A stretch of DNA of 44,148 bases. Source: a virus. Its lineage: Duplodnaviria; Caudoviricetes. The notes under the pieces are model-generated. The model saw only the letters and a list, made by a program, of their open reading frames with translations. It did no database searches and was not told the DNA's origin. Positions 42,068 through 44,148 of this stretch are shown piece after piece. The position numbers and the translations under genes were made by a program. How positions within the stretch are numbered: position 1 is the stretch's first letter; every line of letters starts with the position of its first letter. The DNA lies in IMG/VR virus record IMGVR_UViG_3300034658_000035, positions 1 through 44,148 of that record; one strand, given 5' to 3'.

Positions 42068-42119
42068 CGCATCATTGGTAATGATGAGGCCGGGAGTTCA
42101 ATTCTCCCTCGCGGCACCA
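42068..42119 (+). other. att site: 3' part of tRNA-Thr(GGT)
   Basis: CATCA-TTGGTAA-TGATG anticodon arm, GGGAG-TTCAATT-CTCCC T arm, TCGCGGC-A-CCA end. The 5' acceptor strand and D arm are missing. Confidence 0.88.
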
Positions 42120-42146
42120 GGAATCCCTCCTTTTAATTTAAATTAC

Positions 42147-43628
42147 CTAGGCCAGCGTCTTGCGCAGGGCTGTGGCCCAGCCCTGGCGGAGCCGGGCGGA
42201 GGCGGTCTTTTCCATCTTGGGCTCGAAGCGTGTGCCCGGCACGGTGCGACGCGCCCAGTCATCGGCGGCCAGCCAGCCGAGCTGCATCGCCGCCAGCGCG
42301 GCTGCGCCGAGCGCCGTCATTTCGCGATAATCTGGCCGCAGGATCGGACGTTCGCAAATGTCGGCGATGAATTGCATCAGCCAGTCATTTGCCACCATGC
42401 CGCCATCGACGCGCAATTCCTTGATGGCAACACCGTCTGCCTCAAATGCATCAAGCAGGTCACGTGTCTGGTAGGCTACAGATTCCAGCCCGGCCCGAAC
42501 GAGATGTTCGGCCTTGGTGGCACGAGTGATGCCCGTGATCGTACCGCGCGCATCGGCGGCCCAATGCGGCGCGCCGAGCCCGGTGAAAGCCGGCACGATA
42601 TAGACCCCCCCATTGCCCTTGAGGCCAGCCGCCACTTCAGCGCTTTCCGCCGCATCCTCGATCAGCCGCAGGTCATCGCGCAGCCATTGCACGATCGTGC
42701 CCGCATTGAAGATGGAGCCTTCCAGCGCCATCGCGCCCCTGCCCGCGGCCTCATACCCGACCGTGCCGAGCAAGCGATTGGCCGAGTCCGGACGGTCACT
42801 GCCGCAATTGGCGACGAGGAACGCCCCGGTGCCATAAGTGATCTTGGCCGTGCCGGGCTCCAGACAGGCCTGGCCCACAAGCGCCGATTGCTGGTCGCCC
42901 GCCGCGGACAGGATCGGCAGCGTCTTGCCGAAGAGGCTTTCCTCGCTGGTCCCGAAATCATCCGCATTCTGCCGAATGTCTGGCAGCATGCTTTTCGGCA
43001 CGCCCAGCAGGGCGCACATCTTGTCGCTCCACCCGCCATCCTCTCCAAGGCCCAACCGATAGAGCAAGGTCCGCGAGGCATTGGTCACATCGGTGACGTG
43101 TGAGGCCCCGCCCGTCAGCTTCCAGATCAGGAAGCTCTCGATGGTGCCGAAGGCCAGTTCGCCAGCCTCTGCCCGCGCCTTTGCGCCCTCCACATTCTCC
43201 AGGACCCAGCCAATCTTGGTGCCGGAGAAATAGGGATCGATCAGCAGGCCGGTTTCGCCCTGAACCGACGCCTCATGCCCCGCCTTCCTCAGACGCTCAC
43301 AGGTTTCGGCCGTGCGCCGGTCCTGCCAGATGATGGCCGGGGCAATCGGCTTGCCGGTCGCCCTGTCCCAGACCAGCGTCGTCTCGCGCTGATTGGTGAT
43401 GCCGATTCCGGCGATCTGGTCCACGCCGCCCGCCTGCTCAATGGCGGCGCGGCAGACCTCGACCGTCTTGTCCCAGATCTCCTCGCCATCCTGCTCGACC
43501 CAGCCATCATTCGGATAGGCCAGCGGCACTTCTTTCTGCGCCAGCGCCACCTGGTTCAGCTCGCGGTCGAACACGATCGCCCGCGTGGATGTGGTGCCCT
43601 CATCAATGACGAGAATATAGTCGCCCAT
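42147..43628 (-). CDS. glpK: Glycerol kinase (host)
   Basis: IDEGTTSTRA, GITNQRETT, DPYFSGTK, TDVTNASRT, GDQQSAL, KITYGTG, PAFTGLGAPHW, LRVDGG. Confidence 0.96.
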   Translation of the reverse strand: MGDYILVIDEGTTSTRAIVFDRELNQVALAQKEVPLAYPNDGWVEQDGEEIWDKTVEVCRAAIEQAGGVDQIAGIGITNQRETTLVWDRATGKPIAPAIIWQDRRTAETCERLRKAGHEASVQGETGLLIDPYFSGTKIGWVLENVEGAKARAEAGELAFGTIESFLIWKLTGGASHVTDVTNASRTLLYRLGLGEDGGWSDKMCALLGVPKSMLPDIRQNADDFGTSEESLFGKTLPILSAAGDQQSALVGQACLEPGTAKITYGTGAFLVANCGSDRPDSANRLLGTVGYEAAGRGAMALEGSIFNAGTIVQWLRDDLRLIEDAAESAEVAAGLKGNGGVYIVPAFTGLGAPHWAADARGTITGITRATKAEHLVRAGLESVAYQTRDLLDAFEADGVAIKELRVDGGMVANDWLMQFIADICERPILRPDYREMTALGAAALAAMQLGWLAADDWARRTVPGTRFEPKMEKTASARLRQGWATALRKTLA

Positions 43629-43680
43629 GTCGCCTGCCCTTCAATGTTTCGGGCAGGATGGACCGGCGCGAGGCGGAACG

Positions 43681-44148
43681 TCAACGCGCCGTGCGCTGCG
43701 CCCCGCGATCCCCGAACCACCAGAGCGTCGCCGCCGTCGCAGCGAATGTGGCCGTTTCCACGATCTTGACCTGTTCGGCCTCCGGCGACGCCACGAACAC
43801 CAGCCAGGTGATGAGCCAGAGCAACAGGGTCAGCACGGGCCGGGTCAGCGCCCGTACCGCATTGACCCAGGCATAACTGGCCCCAATTGCGGCTTCGGCC
43901 TGCAGCGAGGCGGTGAGCCCCGCCCAGCTGCCGCGTGTCTTGGCGAGCCGCTCCGCCGCGTCGCTCTCTTCGCGCTGGGCCTGTCTCTGCAAACCGATCA
44001 GTTCTGCCTCATGCTGCCAGCGCGCGCGTTCATGCGCCTGTGACTGACGCTGCTCGAAATAGCCCGCCGCCCGGCCGATCACCGTGCCGAGCAGGCCGAA
44101 GACGCCGCCCCCAGCTGCGCTCGCCGCCAATCCGACTATGTCCGCCAT
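43681..44148 (-). CDS. Hypothetical membrane protein, resembles the 3-TM holin (GTA-type) family
   Basis: N-terminal Gly-rich hydrophobic helix, coiled coil, WVNAVRALTRPVLT, and WWFGDR end. Confidence 0.55.
   Translation of the reverse strand: MADIVGLAASAAGGGVFGLLGTVIGRAAGYFEQRQSQAHERARWQHEAELIGLQRQAQREESDAAERLAKTRGSWAGLTASLQAEAAIGASYAWVNAVRALTRPVLTLLLWLITWLVFVASPEAEQVKIVETATFAATAATLWWFGDRGAQRTAR

Larger units (their letters stand above)
1..42119. mobile_element. Temperate P22-like podovirus prophage integrated at tRNA-Thr(GGT); left end outside window
   Basis: Complete set of int, cI/cro, replication, terminase, portal, capsid, ejection, lysis and tailspike modules. A tRNA 3' fragment follows int directly, then housekeeping glpK. 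Confidence 0.93.

Noticed and set aside
42044-42119. Complete tRNA-Thr gene
   Set aside because: The upstream sequence is the end of int and cannot form the acceptor 5' strand or D arm; only the 3' 52 nt are tRNA-like.
42000-43103. 367-aa plus-strand ORF spanning att
   Set aside because: Crosses the tRNA fragment and lies antisense to glpK; shadow ORF.
1-44148. CRISPR array, diversity-generating retroelement, retron, tail-fibre invertase, IS element
   Set aside because: I saw no repeat-spacer array, reverse transcriptase, serine invertase or transposase motifs by eye.

Overview
Most of the window (1 to about 42119) is a temperate, P22-like podovirus prophage in an alphaproteobacterial host. 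Hyphomonadaceae/Caulobacterales is my impression only. A tyrosine integrase (40979-42064) is followed by a 52-bp 3' fragment of tRNA-Thr(GGT) (42068-42119), the right att site, and then by host glpK. The left att site lies outside the window. From right to left the layout is: int/xis; a PL-type early operon with a Sak/Rad52 annealase and DUF1367; a cI/cro switch with five 17-bp operators; two orphan adenine methyltransferases; a replication initiator with an iteron origin; a DnaA-domain-IV protein; an ATP-grasp protein; a NusG paralog; a late promoter with a structured, doubly terminated leader; a chain of tiny membrane proteins; a LamG + SGNH module; terminase, portal, scaffold and N4-gp56-type capsid; a gp10-like tail hub; three ejection proteins (the largest carries an ADP-ribosyltransferase domain); a lysis cassette; and a tailspike. 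The best candidates for undescribed biology are the NusG-paralog/leader antitermination unit with its microprotein chain, a putative head-spike module with a five-fold N-terminal peptide repeat, three antisense morons with their own promoters, an ~88-nt structured RNA at 1192-1280, and the injected ART. All calls come from reading the sequence by eye; no database searches were run.
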